Shown: positions 1 to 13,832, numbered from the stretch's first letter. The stretch is DNA of 64,000 nucleotides from Hydrolagus colliei (GCA_035084275.1 CM068755.1:9920001-9984000), one strand, 5' to 3'. Made by a program: numbers and translations. The notes: generated from the sequence alone by a model not told the origin.

Positions 1-1280
1 TATTATTTACAGAACTTTATTTGATTTCAAGCTATTTGTGGTGAATAAATTAAACCTTGTTTTAATACCAAGGGTGAGGGTTGGGCTCACTATTTTGGAA
101 ATGTAGGTTTAGAAAAGGGATAGGAGCTGTTTACCATTGTTTAGACTTTTTCCCCATCTCTCTTAAGCTTCTGTTTTACATCACTGTTCACTGGCGTAGC
201 AGATTCATTTTGTTTTTTCTCTCCACTTTCCAATCTCCGTTTCTGTTCCAATTTAATTTAATCAACTGCGGCTGATTATTCTTTCTTCTTCAGTCTGGGC
301 CCTTCTGCTGGTGGCAGTTAAATAATTATGAATGTTGGTTATTAATAACAATATGACATCCGATCGATAAGTGCAGCTCTTTGTTGCTGCTGTTATTGAT
401 CAGAGTGGTGGTATTGCCAGAACAACAGTTTCATGGAAGCTTTCAGATGCTGGACAGCCCGTTCGATTGATCTTTAGGAAATGGGCGAATGTTGGGAGTT
501 AATAGAAAGGAGAGTGAATGCTTTTTCAGGAAGCCAAATATTGCTGCCATGAAATGTAGCTCTCATCCACATATGGCTTCCCAGCTATTTATGTGTAAAA
601 TATTACATGCATTCCTCATGAACTACAGAAGAAACCAAACATATTATTTTTGTTTCAGTCAGACAGTACGATATTGATATCACTAATAATGCAAATATTT
701 TTGTGAACAATTTGGACTGATGTTTTAAGAGAATAACCCAAGGCTAGTGAATTGATAAACGATTCACTCACTGTAATTTTTTTTCATCTTTCTGGTTTAG
801 TGGAATCTAGACAGTCATCTTTTGCAACCTAATTCTATCAGAGGATACAGTCAAATAGTCAGTTGGAGTAAAGGCAAATCATTGAAAATTAAGTTCTGTG
901 CCAGTGCAATCCATCCTCTTTCATCTTGTTTATCAGTGTAATGTCTGAAGGGCTTCTAGTTCATCATTTAATTCAAATTTTTTACTTTTAATTATTGCAT
1001 TATAATTAGAAGGACTGTGATAATCCAATTTAAGTCCTTGAAATAGTGAAGGGTAGTTAGGGTAGATAATTGATAAGGTATATCGTTCCCCCCTCTGATA
1101 GACAAATCCAACCCAATCGAATATTTTTAAAATTATAACTAAACAAAACCAGAAAACAGTTCTTAGCATTGCAACTGTCTGGAAACACTTGTGAGAGGAG
1201 TTACTGACTTCCTGTGCACATGTACATATAGTAATCAGGAAGTGACTTAAACCACAGCCACCACATACTCACACACTATT

Positions 1281-1639
1281 ATAATAATAATATCCCTGCA
1301 TTTGGTATAGTACTTTTATCAAGTCTTTGAACGACTCCAACGCTTCACAGCATATACAATAACGTGAATTAAGTGTATATTGAGGGCATAACCAGTAGCC
1401 AATGGCGCACAGCAGTGTCTCATGAACAGTCGTGGATTGAATGATTAAATGATTTAAATTTTTTTTAAGGTATTATTACCCTTGCAACAGAGATCCGCCA
1501 ATTGACATAACAACTATTGTTTGGTAAACAGAGGCATGTGGAGTAAGGAAACTTGCCCAACGTTTTGCTCTGCCAGGAATTAAACCCAGGTCCTCTCGCT
1601 TGCGAGGCGAGTGCTCTAACCACTAAGCTAAAAGTCTCC
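1281..1639 (-). mobile_element. tRNA-derived SINE, full length (long variant)
   Basis: Reverse complement has A box TAGCTTAGTGG, tRNA-like head with CGC anticodon, L2-like tail and (TTA)n end. Confidence 0.85.
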
Positions 1640-2270
1640 ACAGCATGCATCCATACATCGATACACACAGATGTACAAATTTACTATTCAGAGAATGTGG
1701 GTGTGTATTATTGATAGGAGAGTTTTGAGATGTGTGTGTGTGTGTGTAAAAAAAAGAAGCAAGTTTGGTTGTTTATTGATCAGTTCCCACAGTTTGATTT
1801 TAAGCTAAGAAGCTGCTTTGAATTACCAGCTGGGATGCTTCAACACATAGCCCTTTCCAACATAAACAAATCAGCTATGCAGACTGAAGTTTGAACATTT
1901 TGTATTGAGTGCTATTCTTTGTGTTCAGCGCAGATTTTTTTCATATTCTCGGTATTGTGGTACGATCCAATGCATTTATTTTGGCACAGGCAAGTTCAAA
2001 CAACATTGGTATGCAAGTATAAGTTATGATCATAGCAAGCTATCCTTTAAGGCTGGCTGTACCTACTAATTGTGCTATCACAATACTGTGCAAGCTTTTT
2101 CTTAGTTAATGTATTTGTCATATTTTAGAAGTACCTATATACAGTATTATATTGTCAGTTGTTATTACATTTGTATGCAGGTGAAGTATGTTGAGCTTTT
2201 GTTTTTGTTTTGAAAGTTGTTTGGAATTTGCCGTGGTGAGTAGTGCAACTTAAGTTTTTCTTTTTTACAG

Positions 2271-2452
2271 GAAATAAAGTAAAAGTTGTCTGTATCGACT
2301 CACCCCTTGTGAAGAAAGAGCTTACTGTGAGGGATAAGAATTCACTTTTTTACGAAGTTCCTCTAGACCTATTGATGTCAAAAAAATCTGATGTGCCGTT
2401 GTCTGCTATGACTTTAGACAAACCAGAAGACCTTAATAGACTGGAGGAGAAT
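2271..2452 (+). CDS. ICE2: ICE2 coding exon (GNKVKVVCIDSPLVKKELTVRDKN...)
   Basis: ttttttacag|GA ... AAT|gtaagt; phase 1 to 0. Confidence 0.88.
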
Positions 2453-5400
2453 GTAAGTTTTCAGGAAGACAGAGCAGAGTTTTGCTCTTCTGGTCCTAAT
2501 TTCCTATCTGTGATATGAAGGGTGACTATGTTTGGTTCTAATTCAATTTAAATCATCTCACATTGTGTTTATCCACTGATGGGCGAGGTTTGCTGGACAC
2601 ATTTAATATAATCTCTTCTCTTTTCACTTGCACATGCATATGTTCTGATGATTGGATGGTTTTTAACTCTCGTTCAATATAGATGCTCGTCAGAAAGCAG
2701 GAGCATTATGAAAACTTCTTTGAAAATGCAGATTTTGACGCCACAGATTTAGAGACATTTGGCACTGTAACCACCAGGTCATCAAAACGACTCTCCCAAA
2801 ACAGGGCCTCTGTCAGAAATGATAAAAGTGGAAAATCTCTTAGCTCTAACACCTCAACTGCCAAAAAGCAGGACAAGAGTAAAGAGAATTCTGAAGACAT
2901 ACCAGTGATTCTAGGAATAAAAGTAAAGTTAAATCAAGAGCAATGTCTTCCGTCTGATCCGTCCGAAATACAATGTGATGATAAACCGAATACAACGCAT
3001 TGCAATGATTCCAAGAAAGAGAAGCAAGAGAGTAACCTCAAAGAGGAAACGAGAACTAAATCAGGCACTAATTTGTTGACAACAGGGACAGAATCAGACG
3101 ACACATCTCTCAAGCCATCCAATAAAGAAATTTTGGATCACAGTGATACAGACGATGAGCGACTTGTCATTGACACAGATCATCAGATACGTGTTCCCGA
3201 GGAAACTCATTCGAGAACCTTGAATTCCCTCCCTGAAAAGACCTCACTTCATGAGGCAGAAGACATTCCAGATACCCCCCGATCACCATCTCCTGAACAA
3301 GATGTGATCAGTAGATCAGTGCAGAGAAAGAAGGAGATTAAAAGGCCTGTGCGTAAACTTTCAAAGGAATTTGATCCACTTGGGCAGATTCTGAAAATGC
3401 AATGCAAACTGTTAAAGCCAGATCCCAAACCTGTTGTGGAACAGCTACCCGTAAATCAAGAGGCAAACGTGCTGGATACGCATCCAATGCAAGGTCCTGT
3501 CCTGCTGGAAAACAATCCTGCAGAACCTATTGTGTCCGAGTCCTCTGGTTCAAAAGGCTCCAATTCCAAAAGTAAGCGTTTTTAATATTTTTTTACTTTG
3601 TTAGACACTGTGTCCCTCGTCCCAACTGCTCCACAATTGGCACAGACCGTGGTTTTAGACACTGTCACCCAAAACTGGAACTCTCTGGCTAAATGCCTTC
3701 TCCTTGCCCCTATGTTGTCCCTCTTCAGATCACACCTGAAATCCTTCATTTTCAACCATGCCTACAGTCACCTTTTGATTTGATAGGTTTCTTATGGATA
3801 GAGGGATTAAGGAGTACGGGGATAAAGCGGGCAGATGGTGTTAGATTAGAAGATCAGCCATGATCTTATTGAATGGCGGGACAGGCTCGAGGGGCTGAAT
3901 GGCCTACTCCTGCTCCTTATTCGTATGTTCTTGCGTTCACGTCCCCAGCTCAGTGTCAAGCTCCTCCATTATTTTGCGCCGCAAGACTATCCCATTAGAA
4001 AGGTGCTATATTAATGCATTTTGCTCTTATCATTGAGTTTTAATATGTTTAATTGATAAGCTCTGGAGAAAGAGCATCAACTGATAATATTCAATTAACC
4101 CTCAGTTTAACTCCTAATTTCACTGAGAATATCAAATAGATCCTAGTGGAAAAAGTAGGATGTGCTATAAAGATCACCCCCTTTATCATTTTGCAGCAGG
4201 TGAAGACATTGTAGTGCCTTTGCTTAAAGTATCTTGAATGTACCTCGAGTGTTTTTTCTTTTTGAAAAATGAAATGGAATTTAAATGGATTTTAAGTATC
4301 CAAAATGTAGTTATAGATATGCACATAAATTGTGAATTCTAACTAGGCGTCTATCTTTTAGCATTGCTCTCAGATGAGCTCCGCCAGTGTACTGAAAATG
4401 TGTGTGACTACACAGACTCTTCAAAGGGGAACATCTCCTATAAACTCTTCAGTTTGGCTGAGATGCTAATTGTTGTACGTGGGCAAGTGTTCAAAGCGCA
4501 AACAAAACCACGTTCAATTAAAGAGGGACTGAAAAGGGTGAGTTATTTACTTTTCGCAGATTGTCTGAGCACTGAGGAACGATCACATTTCGATTGATCA
4601 ATATTTCTGATGAATAAAATTGAAAAAGTCCAATGCTGCCTTCACAGTGTCTTAATAACAACATGAAATATTAGTTGGATAAAGTGCTCACAAATAATAC
4701 GTTTGTCTCACCAGCATATCCCAGTCTTTTTATACCCCAAACTGAATTATCAGGCCTCGTATGGAGTAGAAGATTTTACTGACAGTGAAGCGTGTCGGTT
4801 TTGGACCGAAACCCTCTTCAATTCTAATAGTTGGTTTTATGTAGGTGAGTATTACTTTCGTCTAGTGAATAATGTTCCCAATTTCTATAAGACATGGAGA
4901 ATATTATTTTGGGAAATTGTCGAGTGTTTAAATTAAGCCTTCAATGGCATTTCCTGGGTGAGGAGTGTATTTTTTTAAAAAGGCGTGAAACATGAGTCAA
5001 AGTTTCTTAATGGAAAGCTGCTATGTTGTAGAATTTATGAAACTTATATGTGAAGTCAATTGATACCTAAGCAAGTTTGCTTGTTGAGCAAATATTCATA
5101 CTGTATTAAATAATCTTTACAGAAATGGAACAAAATCTTTTCCAAGTGTTTCTTTCCTTTGATTTCCATTCTCCTCTAATTTTGGGGCTATTTCTGTTTG
5201 CTTATTTCATACTTTCAGATTGAATTTTCTCTCTCTTTCGCCCTCCCACCTCCCACCTCCCACACATACATTGTAAGAAAATTGAGGGAATGGGATCCTT
5301 TTGCTGTCATTCAGTTATGAACATAAAGCTTGTCACCTCAATACTGAAATGCAATCTGAAAACAATGAGAGGTTATCGATGTACACATGAGGATTATAAA

Positions 5401-8400
5401 CTGCGGGCTATGCAAAATGAGCCAGGGTGTAATATATATTAAGCTGAGGTGCTAGACAAAATGGCTTTGGATATAGTGCAGGGCTAACCAATGGAAGCAT
5501 CTAACAGCATATCAACTTTAGCTTGCCAGGGGCTATCTTTGTAGAGTATGACTGTCTGGTTAAAGCTGTTCTTTGATGAGAGTGACAAGAATGCATTACA
5601 TACTGGGCGAGGCTGGGTGTGGAAATTGCTAGGTGGAGCGACAACCAATTAAATATTTGTTATTATACTAACCGTTTGTTGACTTAATGATGTTTATGTT
5701 TTTGAGACTTTCGTTTGGATATTCCAAAATTATAGCCTTGTAAAAAGATTGTGAATGCTAAATTGCTGAAGGAAATCAGGGCTGCGATAATCAGCTGGGT
5801 GAAAAATCTGGAAGTCGGTGAGAAAATAGTTCAATGACATCAAGAAACCTATCGAGTCCCAAGCATGAGAAAGTGACAAAAAATTGTGGGAGGAGATACT
5901 AGCCAGCCTACTAATACGCCACTATTCATAACATTCCTCATGTTGTATGAATAATGGATCTCTGAGAAGTCTATTGTTCCAATGTCAAACAACTTGCCAA
6001 TGTTTAATCCTATAAAAACAGCAACATTTTAATTTAAAATTAATAAAGTTTATTTGTGGTACTGTAGGTAATTGCTGTGAGTATTTGGGCTTCTGCATTC
6101 ACCTGCATAAAGCATATTCAATCCACTTCACAGTTGTTAATTATTATAGTGAAACGCTTTAGAGCATCCTCCCAACATAAAAAGCGTTATACAAATGTAA
6201 TTTTGTTGTTGTTTAATGAGAACAACAACTTGCATTTATATAGCACCCCTGCATGCGGACTGCATCTCAGAGTACTTAACAGTGGGGGAATCCAAATAGT
6301 TAATTGATATGACAATGTGGTTTCAAAGATGGCATTTCAGGGATGTTCAATAAAAGGCACAATTCAGCTCTAGGAATTATTTGGAAGACCCTCCTACAGT
6401 TCTGCTCACTAGCGTGTTTTAATACTTGAAGCTGCTAAACAAGTTTAATTTTGCTGTTGTTTTGACTTCCATTTTGTTTTCCCCTTTATGGCAGGGCATA
6501 TTGATATCTTTGCATCGAAGATGATTTTTTTGGACCAATTTCCAGCAGCATCTCTTGGAACAAAGTTTAAATCTTTCAAGTAAGTGAATGGAAAATGTTG
6601 CTCATGTTTCAAGTATGAGTCATCCAATAGCCAGTTTAGTTTAATGGATTATTTGAGATCAGCCACTCAATTTTTATTGTGTGTCTTCACTGTCTGTGCT
6701 AATTATATCCAAATGCTTAGGAACTGAAGGGCAGTGGAGGCAATGCACCCCAATCTAAGATATTTGTAAGTGTTGTAGACCTGCAAAGCGAAGTAAACTA
6801 AACTCAAAAAGCTATTGAACTAAATAAGGGAAAATTTAAACCTTGAATTGAAGGCAAACAGAAATTGTATCTCGTCTCCGATCTCGCTTACGGCCACCTT
6901 TCCCTCCCCCTGACTCAGCTTCAGGCTCCACCATTGTGAAGTGCTCTGAGCCACCGCCCAGCCTGGATGGAACGATATAAGTGTAAGTTGTTGTATCAAA
7001 TGCTGCGTTTATACTCTCGGTGCATTTTCTCTCTTAAGATGGAGAAAACTGTGGAATGATATGGAGCAAAAAGCTGTGACTTGCCACCAAATGAGTAATA
7101 ATCAATGCAATATTCGTGGCTTTAGCAGTGTTGGGATTTCCATTCTAGTTTCTTATGCAATCATAATTATTCTTGTTTTTGATACACTGCCTTATCCTGT
7201 TGATGAGACACTCAAAGGGTGAATATGCTGTAAAGTGATTTCATTGTACAATAAAAGCCCGTTTATCCATGACCCGATCAACCGTAACTTCCATATAACC
7301 GGCACCTAAAAAAAAAGGTCCCCATTCGATTAACCGGATCTTATCCGGCACAATCGCATTTTTTTTCCCCTCGTATCAGTAGCAGTATGCTGCTACTAGT
7401 GCCTGAAGGTGGCGCTGCCGTTTTTTCCCTTACAGAGTACAGTACGATTACCTCTGAATGCACAGCAGTGCACTTCCGGGTTTGAGAGAGAGGCAGGGAG
7501 AGAGAGAGAGAGGGTGGGGCGATGGGGGGGTGGGGAGAGAGGGAAAAGTTGGGGGAGAAAGAGAGAGGAGAGAGAGGTGGGGGAGAGGAGGGGAGAGAGA
7601 GAGGGGTTGAGTTGATTAATTTACATGGAAAATGAGAGGAGTGGAAGGGTATTGGGTTTGGAGCCATTGAGATGCCAGACTGACTGAGTGTGTGTGTGTG
7701 AAAGAGAGAGAGAGAAAGAAGAAAGGAGAGTACCCCTTTGATTGTATTTTATTTATAGACTGTAATTGATATTTATTGCTTTATTGGTAGGTATCCATAC
7801 AATATTCTGTTATTATTTTGTCTATTATTAATATGTTATGTTTAAAACAAATTTATTTTTAAAAATTATTTTTTTAAAAATTGTTTTGGGTTTATTTTTA
7901 AAAAATTGTGCTGGCCACCCGAATATCCGGCATGTGGTTTAACCGGCATTGATCAGGTCCCGAGAGTGCCAGATAAACAACCTTTTACTGTATATTTCAT
8001 TGGTGAAACGTGGCAGCCAATTGTGCAGTGTCCCACAAACAGTTGTGGATTGAGTAGATGGGGGTAGAGTTCACATTAGGAGGCTTTGTACAGGTATGGG
8101 GAAGAAGCAGCCCCAAAGGACAAAGTGTTTTTATCTTATTCCCTGCTTTAAGGTTTGGGTTCTTTTAGCCTTGTTGGTCAAAAAATCCCTCCACAATTCA
8201 CTTTATTGATTCCCTTACTTTTTAAAGCTTGAACTATATTTCCCTTAATCTTTTTTCCCCTCAATAGATTTAGCTTGCTTAGTGCCTCACCATAACCAAA
8301 TAATTGATGTAAACCAAACTACACATTATTTTTTATATTGATTTTTCATGACTTTGACAGTGCTTGTTCTCTTTATTTCTTTCTAGGCCTATAAATTCAT

Positions 8401-11400
8401 TGAATATTCTTCACTACATATTAAAATTGGTGTCTGGGTAAGTTCTGTTTTTGTAAATTACCCAGTAATTTTGAACTTAAGGAATTTATTGATATCCTTT
8501 CAGATATCCTTTTTTGTTTGGTGGTTAACAGATGAGCTTTAATTCTTGAAAGGATCCAGTTCCATATGCTGCCTTCTTACCTAAGAGGCTATTTATTTTT
8601 ATTGTACTAAGCATCAACAAGCTATTTGAGTGTGGAAGAACCCTTAGGAGTGCCCAATTTTGCTCATACCTGACTCAGAGGGGAGTATGTGCACCGGAAA
8701 CCAAGGAGTAGAAATACTGGCTTGCTTTCCTCTTTGCCCATCCCCAACTAAGGTCTGGTTGTAGCAGCCCAACTGAAATCAGCTAACTCAGCACAGACTG
8801 ATTGGGAATGATCTTGCAACCTATCCCTCCATTTGGCCCAGTTGGACCATACTCTATTTGTAGGATTCAATCATAGAACCCATCTGGCAAGATTTCTACT
8901 TTTTTTTTAAAAAAATCATTTTGTACCAAAGCACAAATTCAAGCTTTTCCCCCACAAACAACTCTCATCTGCCACAGAAAAATATTTTTGTAATTTCTTG
9001 TTTGTTGTTTCTTGTTTCAAGGGAAATCTGTAAGCAGACTTTGAGAAACTCTTTAAGGCTGTTTTTCATGTTGGTTTGCTGTTAAGCGTCTCAGCTTATT
9101 TTTCATTCTTATTTTGAACTGTAGCTTAGAAGAAGGCAACTATCTGTTGAGTCATGCCAGAAGAGATTCTTCCTTGACTATATACAGCAGCTGTCAAGAT
9201 AAGCCCACAAGAACGGCCTACAACCTTCATGCTACACACCACGAACTTCCAAATGTTCCATCCACTCTGTCAGTGCCCTGGGTACCACTGGATCCTGACA
9301 TCATGATGCCGTATCACGTTCATTTTGGGAGAGTTCCATGCACATTTCCTCCAAAACCCTCGCAAAAACCTAAAAATAAAAAGGTTTGTGTTTATTTTCA
9401 CCGTATTTTCATCAAATTAGAATTCCAATATCTATAATGCTGAGTTGTAGATCTTTAAGATAAACTATTGCATTGAAGCTTGGTTTTACAACAACATGTT
9501 CCTTCATAGTGTCACACCCAAAGGTTGCTATAACAATTTGAAAGATGTTGATTCAATAGTGCCACACCGTAGCAGTGTTGTGTAATTAATTTCCCAATTT
9601 TAACCTGGGGGATCTAGATCTAAATCAAAGGGAAAATAGAAAGAGCATTCAGATCTTTTCAGAAACCAAGCCAGCAGATGACAAATAGCTTGTAGTGCTG
9701 AAAAAATAATAAAGTCTTAAGTATTGGAGCAAAGATAGAAAATAGCTGACAAGCATGGAGAGCGCTGATCAGGAAAGGTAAGTTCATTAACATTTTCAGG
9801 TGTGTCAGCAATGAAAAAGATAAGTTGGAACTTCAACAGATGGATAGAATGCAAATCAAAAGAGGTGATATTGTTACTGCAATAAAGAACTGGTTGGATA
9901 TGTGCAGTACTATTGTTCATTATATCAGAGGAAAGATGCTATTGCATTTTAGAGAGTGCATTTTCAATATGTTTCAAGGGTGTAAATTATGCACAAGAGT
10001 TAACGTTAGTATAGGTTTGTCTCTGCTGGAAATTAGGGTTGTTTTGAAGTTGAGGTACTCAAAACTCATATTTCACTGCTTTTTGTATGATTGGAGAAAT
10101 TCATAAAATCCCTCAAACAAAATGAGCAAGAGACTTTGGCAAGCAACCAGATATGGGTGTGAGCCCACAACACGTGTAAAGATTCTATGGCAGTGGTCAC
10201 CCACTTTACCATTATACAGGAGCAATGCTAACGACCAATCAAATTTTTCATGAACTGAAGATCTTCTAACTTGCTGCCATTTACACTTGTGCACAGACCT
10301 TGGCAGTAGTAGGTGAAACAACTGTTTTAGTTACCTTGTGTGCAAATTACATCCTCTTTTGTTTTATGGAGTTAATTTATCTGCAATTTCCCAGCAGATT
10401 TTTCAGCATCTGAAGACCATTTACTGTATACAGCTGGAGCAGCCAGCCCTGACTCTAGCCACAGTTCTGGGTTTCCGGAGACACTAACACCCAGCTACAG
10501 AGTGTTTTTTTTTACACACTGCTACTGCCAACAGTTTTGTAAATCATGCCAACAGAGATGTAATCTGCCATTTAGCTATCTGTTTGCAAGCTTGCCAAAT
10601 AATCAGCCCAACTCATGGCTCGTTTTCCTGAAAACCAGACATTCTCCAGTGATCAAGGAGGGTTCAGAGATCAGAAGTGAATTGGCAGACCTGACTTACA
10701 GTCAACGGCTTGCACACATGTGCCTCTTGTTGGTACCAGTTTCTGTATACCCAGCACAGAAGGGTCACTCTGTGCTATTCTATTAGGAAATAACAAATTC
10801 ACTTCATTAATTTAGTGCAAATGAGTTGGTTGACCCAAGTCGGTGTTAGTTTGTTGCTGCTATGTTATGAAACAGAATGATGTAAGATATAAAGGGATGA
10901 TTCAGATATAAGGATATGGTGGAAATGACGCAAGATAAAGAGAATAGACAAAAGTGCAGCAATAACTGAGATTGAGTAACTAGAAAGGGTGAAAAAAGGG
11001 AACACAGATTTTATAAGGGCTAAAACGTTTTGCTACAGGCTAGTAAGTTGGAAATTTCTTGCAGATAAAACACTGGATAAAGATAAAACATTCACCTACA
11101 AGACACCCAGTCACTACGCTTTACAGTTTATCTTGTGCAGTGCTTTGAGATTGAAATATTCTGTAACAAATGCCAGGTTAATGATAATTGGAGAGAGAAT
11201 GAGCAGTGGGAATCCAGCTTTGTGGTTTCATTCAATAGGGCACAGAATCGGAGAGGGATTTTGGTATTAAGTATTATGGGAATTATGAATCCGGTAGCAG
11301 TATATAGCGAGAATGGATAAGGTCTTGGGGGTATCATCATAAATCACAACATGATAATGAGACATGCACGCAATGAGCTGAAAAGGCTGCCTTCCATTCT

Positions 11401-12404
11401 GTAAATTTATATGGTAGAATGTACAAATCATTCCTGGCCCGATTTGGAACACTGTAGAATGTGTCGTCCCTGCGTTTCAATAGTGACTTATTGGCTTGGA
11501 TGGTGCACATTAAATGACATTTAGTTTATGATGAAGGAGTGCAAAATCGGGAAATCTTCACACTGCAGAAGAGGAGACTCAGGGAGGATCCATTTGAAGT
11601 ATTTAAGATCCCAAGCGGCAATGGATAAACTGAATCCTCACAGGTTTAACATGGTCAAGAAGTCTTCAGTGGGATTACAGCTCTGAACAGAGAACGCAAA
11701 TTTACTTTGATTCTTCAGTGTCATTGGATTGAGCTGCTCAGTGAAACTGGTGGAGGCGAATTGGGACAGCAAATTCAAGTGGAACCAGATAACTATTTGG
11801 TGAAGAAATCAATTTAGTGTGATTCATAGTGGAATTGTTTTTACTTTGGGAGGGGTCTTTTCTACCCTGCACATTCCTGTGTTGCTATCATGTGGCAAAT
11901 AGATTTGAACCCAACACCCTCTAGCATTGCAATGACTACTTCATATGATTACATTTTTTTTAATTAAAAAAACACTGAAAGAAAGAATCTATGAACAAAC
12001 AACTGCCACCAATAAAGCATTGTGAATTCTTGCTATGTGTTAGAGCACATTGAAATTTTCTGTTCTCCTCAAAATGCTGAATGAGTTAAATATTTTCTGG
12101 AATGAACGCTGGTAACTATCTATGTTTGAACTATGTTGGACTCGCTGAGAGTAAAACAAATCTTTCCTTTGATTTTGTTGGAAGAAAATCCAAAAGAGCT
12201 GCTTTAGTGTGAAAGTAAGTTGCTCCGAAATCACAATCTTTTTAAAGTGTTTTACTTCTATACTTCCAGATTGGTGCGGTCAAAGGAAACAAACAGAGCT
12301 CTGTTCAAGCCAAAGCAGTATCTATGGAAACAAGAAATAATTCTGCCAGCTCAGCGCAGGGAAAGCAGGGTGTGTCACAGAACAAAAAAACGAAGACGAC
12401 TTAA
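2271..12404 (+). CDS. ICE2: ICE2/NARG2 (little elongation complex subunit 2), 3' part: 8 coding exons; 5' exons lie outside the window
   Basis: Exons 2271-2452, 2683-3571, 4362-4537, 4715-4844, 6495-6579, 8387-8437, 9125-9383 and 12270-12404 all have AG/GT boundaries and consistent phases. Peptides resemble the NARG2 C-terminal region (GHIDIFASK, LNILHYILK, LEEGNYLLSHA, VPWVPLDP, GRVPCTFPPK, VSMETR). The gene is adjacent to ANXA2 as in other vertebrates. Confidence 0.93.
2683..3571 (+). CDS. ICE2: ICE2 large central exon (low-complexity linker)
   Basis: atatag|ATG ... AAAA|gtaagc; 889 bp inside the 300-aa ORF; phase 0 to 1. Confidence 0.9.
3630..4030 (+). mobile_element. L2-like LINE 3' fragment interrupted by a CR1 3' tail (~3785-3931)
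   Basis: Peptide remnant WNSL...FRSHLKSFIF. The CR1 tail gatcagccatgatcttattgaatggcgg...ggcctactcctgctcc recurs at 21170 and 22070. Confidence 0.75.
4362..4537 (+). CDS. ICE2: ICE2 coding exon (GNISYKLFSL)
   Basis: ttttag|CA ... AGG|gtgagt; phase 1 to 0. Confidence 0.88.
4715..4844 (+). CDS. ICE2: ICE2 coding exon (PVFLYPKLNYQASYGVE)
   Basis: caccag|CAT ... GTAG|gtgagt; phase 0 to 1. Confidence 0.9.
6495..6579 (+). CDS. ICE2: ICE2 coding exon (GHIDIFASKMIFLDQF)
   Basis: ggcag|GG ... TTCAA|gtaagt; phase 1 to 2; not in the ORF track. Confidence 0.88.
7249..7990. mobile_element. Non-autonomous Tc1/mariner (pogo/Tigger-like) DNA transposon, 742 bp
   Basis: TA|CAATAAAAGCCCGTTTATCC ... AGATAAACAACCTTTTACTG|TA: imperfect TIRs, TA target-site duplication, subterminal AACCGG repeats, GA-rich interior, no transposase. 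Confidence 0.75.
8387..8437 (+). CDS. ICE2: ICE2 51-bp coding exon (PINSLNILHYILKLVS)
   Basis: ttctag|G ... TCTGG|gtaagt; phase 2 to 2. Confidence 0.85.
9125..9383 (+). CDS. ICE2: ICE2 coding exon (LEEGNYLLSHA...CTFPPKP)
   Basis: tgtag|C ... AAG|gtttgt; phase 2 to 0. Confidence 0.9.
11400..11810 (+). mobile_element. Degenerate CR1 LINE 3' fragment
   Basis: Decayed similarity to 21560-22148 (gcagaagaggagactcagggaggatccatttgaagtatttaagat). Confidence 0.55.
12270..12404 (+). CDS. ICE2: ICE2 terminal coding exon (IGAVKGNKQ...VSMETRNN...KKTKTT*)
   Basis: ttccag|ATT; 44 codons then TAA at 12402-12404; AATAAA hexamers downstream (e.g. 12683-12688). Confidence 0.82.
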   Translation: MGAVKGNKQSSVQAKAVSMETRNNSASSAQGKQGVSQNKKTKTT

Positions 12405-13832
12405 TCGAATGAAGAAAACAGCAGAGCGGCAACAGTAGGGAGGAATTAACAGCAAAAGGCAACTTACAAGCATTTTGTTCCATTGTTGCCAATTACTAGG
12501 CTCAAAGCTATTTCCTTTATAAATGTAAAGTGGGAAGAAGGCCCAGGTTTTTGTTTTAATGGAAAGTGAACTTTAAGGAATTCAGTCGGAGGCCAGGCTT
12601 TCATCGCAAGTAAACGCAAAATGCCCACGTCATGCCTGAATATGCAGTGCATATTTTTGCCTTTGCAGAAAGCCAAAATATTAATAAATCTGTTTGCTGC
12701 ACATCTTATCTGTCATTTACAGATGGACTTGATTAAAAGATTAAGATGTTCAGTGCAGATGTGGTTGGCAAAAGGCAGAGAGTGGATACAGATTAAATAA
12801 GTTTCGGGGTGCTGGGGGTTGGGTTCACGCGTGTTTGTGTTAAGCATTTACTGATTCCCACATCAAAATAAAAAGCAAAGAACGCTTTCAGCTTCGGATG
12901 GCTTGACCTTATTCGTTTAAATGTGAAATAAAGTAAAACTCAATACAAAAGGTCCAAAAACAAGAAACTTTCAGAATTTACATGCCTTCTGTTGCACATT
13001 TACTCTTAAAATTAGCTTTTAATGGATGAGTTCAGAGCATGAGTTAGAGCACAAGCAAAACTTTGGAATTGTGCCTGGAACAACAGGGCTCATGCAAATT
13101 ACTGTCCATACATGATTTTTAAATGGGCAACATCATTTTGACCACATGAGATAAATGTAAGTGAGCCAATTGAATGCAAGTATTGTCTTTGTATGATACG
13201 GATTCTATTTTACTTTTAATAAAGTTGTAAAGCTGTGATAGAATTCGGTCCATTTTCAGATGTTTATTTTGATTCTGATCAGTTGATCAGTTGAGGACTA
13301 TTCTGAAGGTTTTTTTTCCCCTAATGGTTCAGTAAAGACTGAAATCAAAATCCATTGTGCGATCTGTTTTTGTGAGCAAACTGAACAAATGCAGCAACAG
13401 AGCTTTTGGGTCTCACATTTCAGGAAGGAAAGTGACGCAGGGGACCGAAGCTAAAAGGAAGCTTGATTTTAATGGATTGTTTTTACGTGATCAGATATTG
13501 TGGGAGGAAAGTTGTTTGTACGAGAGTAATGTATGTGGCTATGTGGGTATGACAATCAGGCCATACTCTAATGAAAATAAACTTAATCCAGCGTAATGCC
13601 TGTTTTTCTGTAATGAGGTTGCATTTTCAAATCTGCACTTTTTGGAACAAGGCTTTTTCAACTTTGTATTATTGCATTACGTTCAAATCCCTCCATGGTC
13701 TTGCCCCGCCCTACATCTCGAAACTCCTTCAACCACACCAACCTGACCACTCACTTTACTCAGTGAATACTGACCTGATTCATGTTCCCCAACATCTGAT
13801 CCCCACTGGTAAAGTGGGCTTTTAGCCATTGT

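Noticed and set aside
7341-7667. Pro/Ser-rich and Arg/Glu-rich ORFs
   Set aside because: Translations of the GA-rich simple repeat inside the MITE.
12220-12438. 72-aa ORF overlapping the last ICE2 exon
   Set aside because: Wrong frame; splice phase and homology support 12270-12404.
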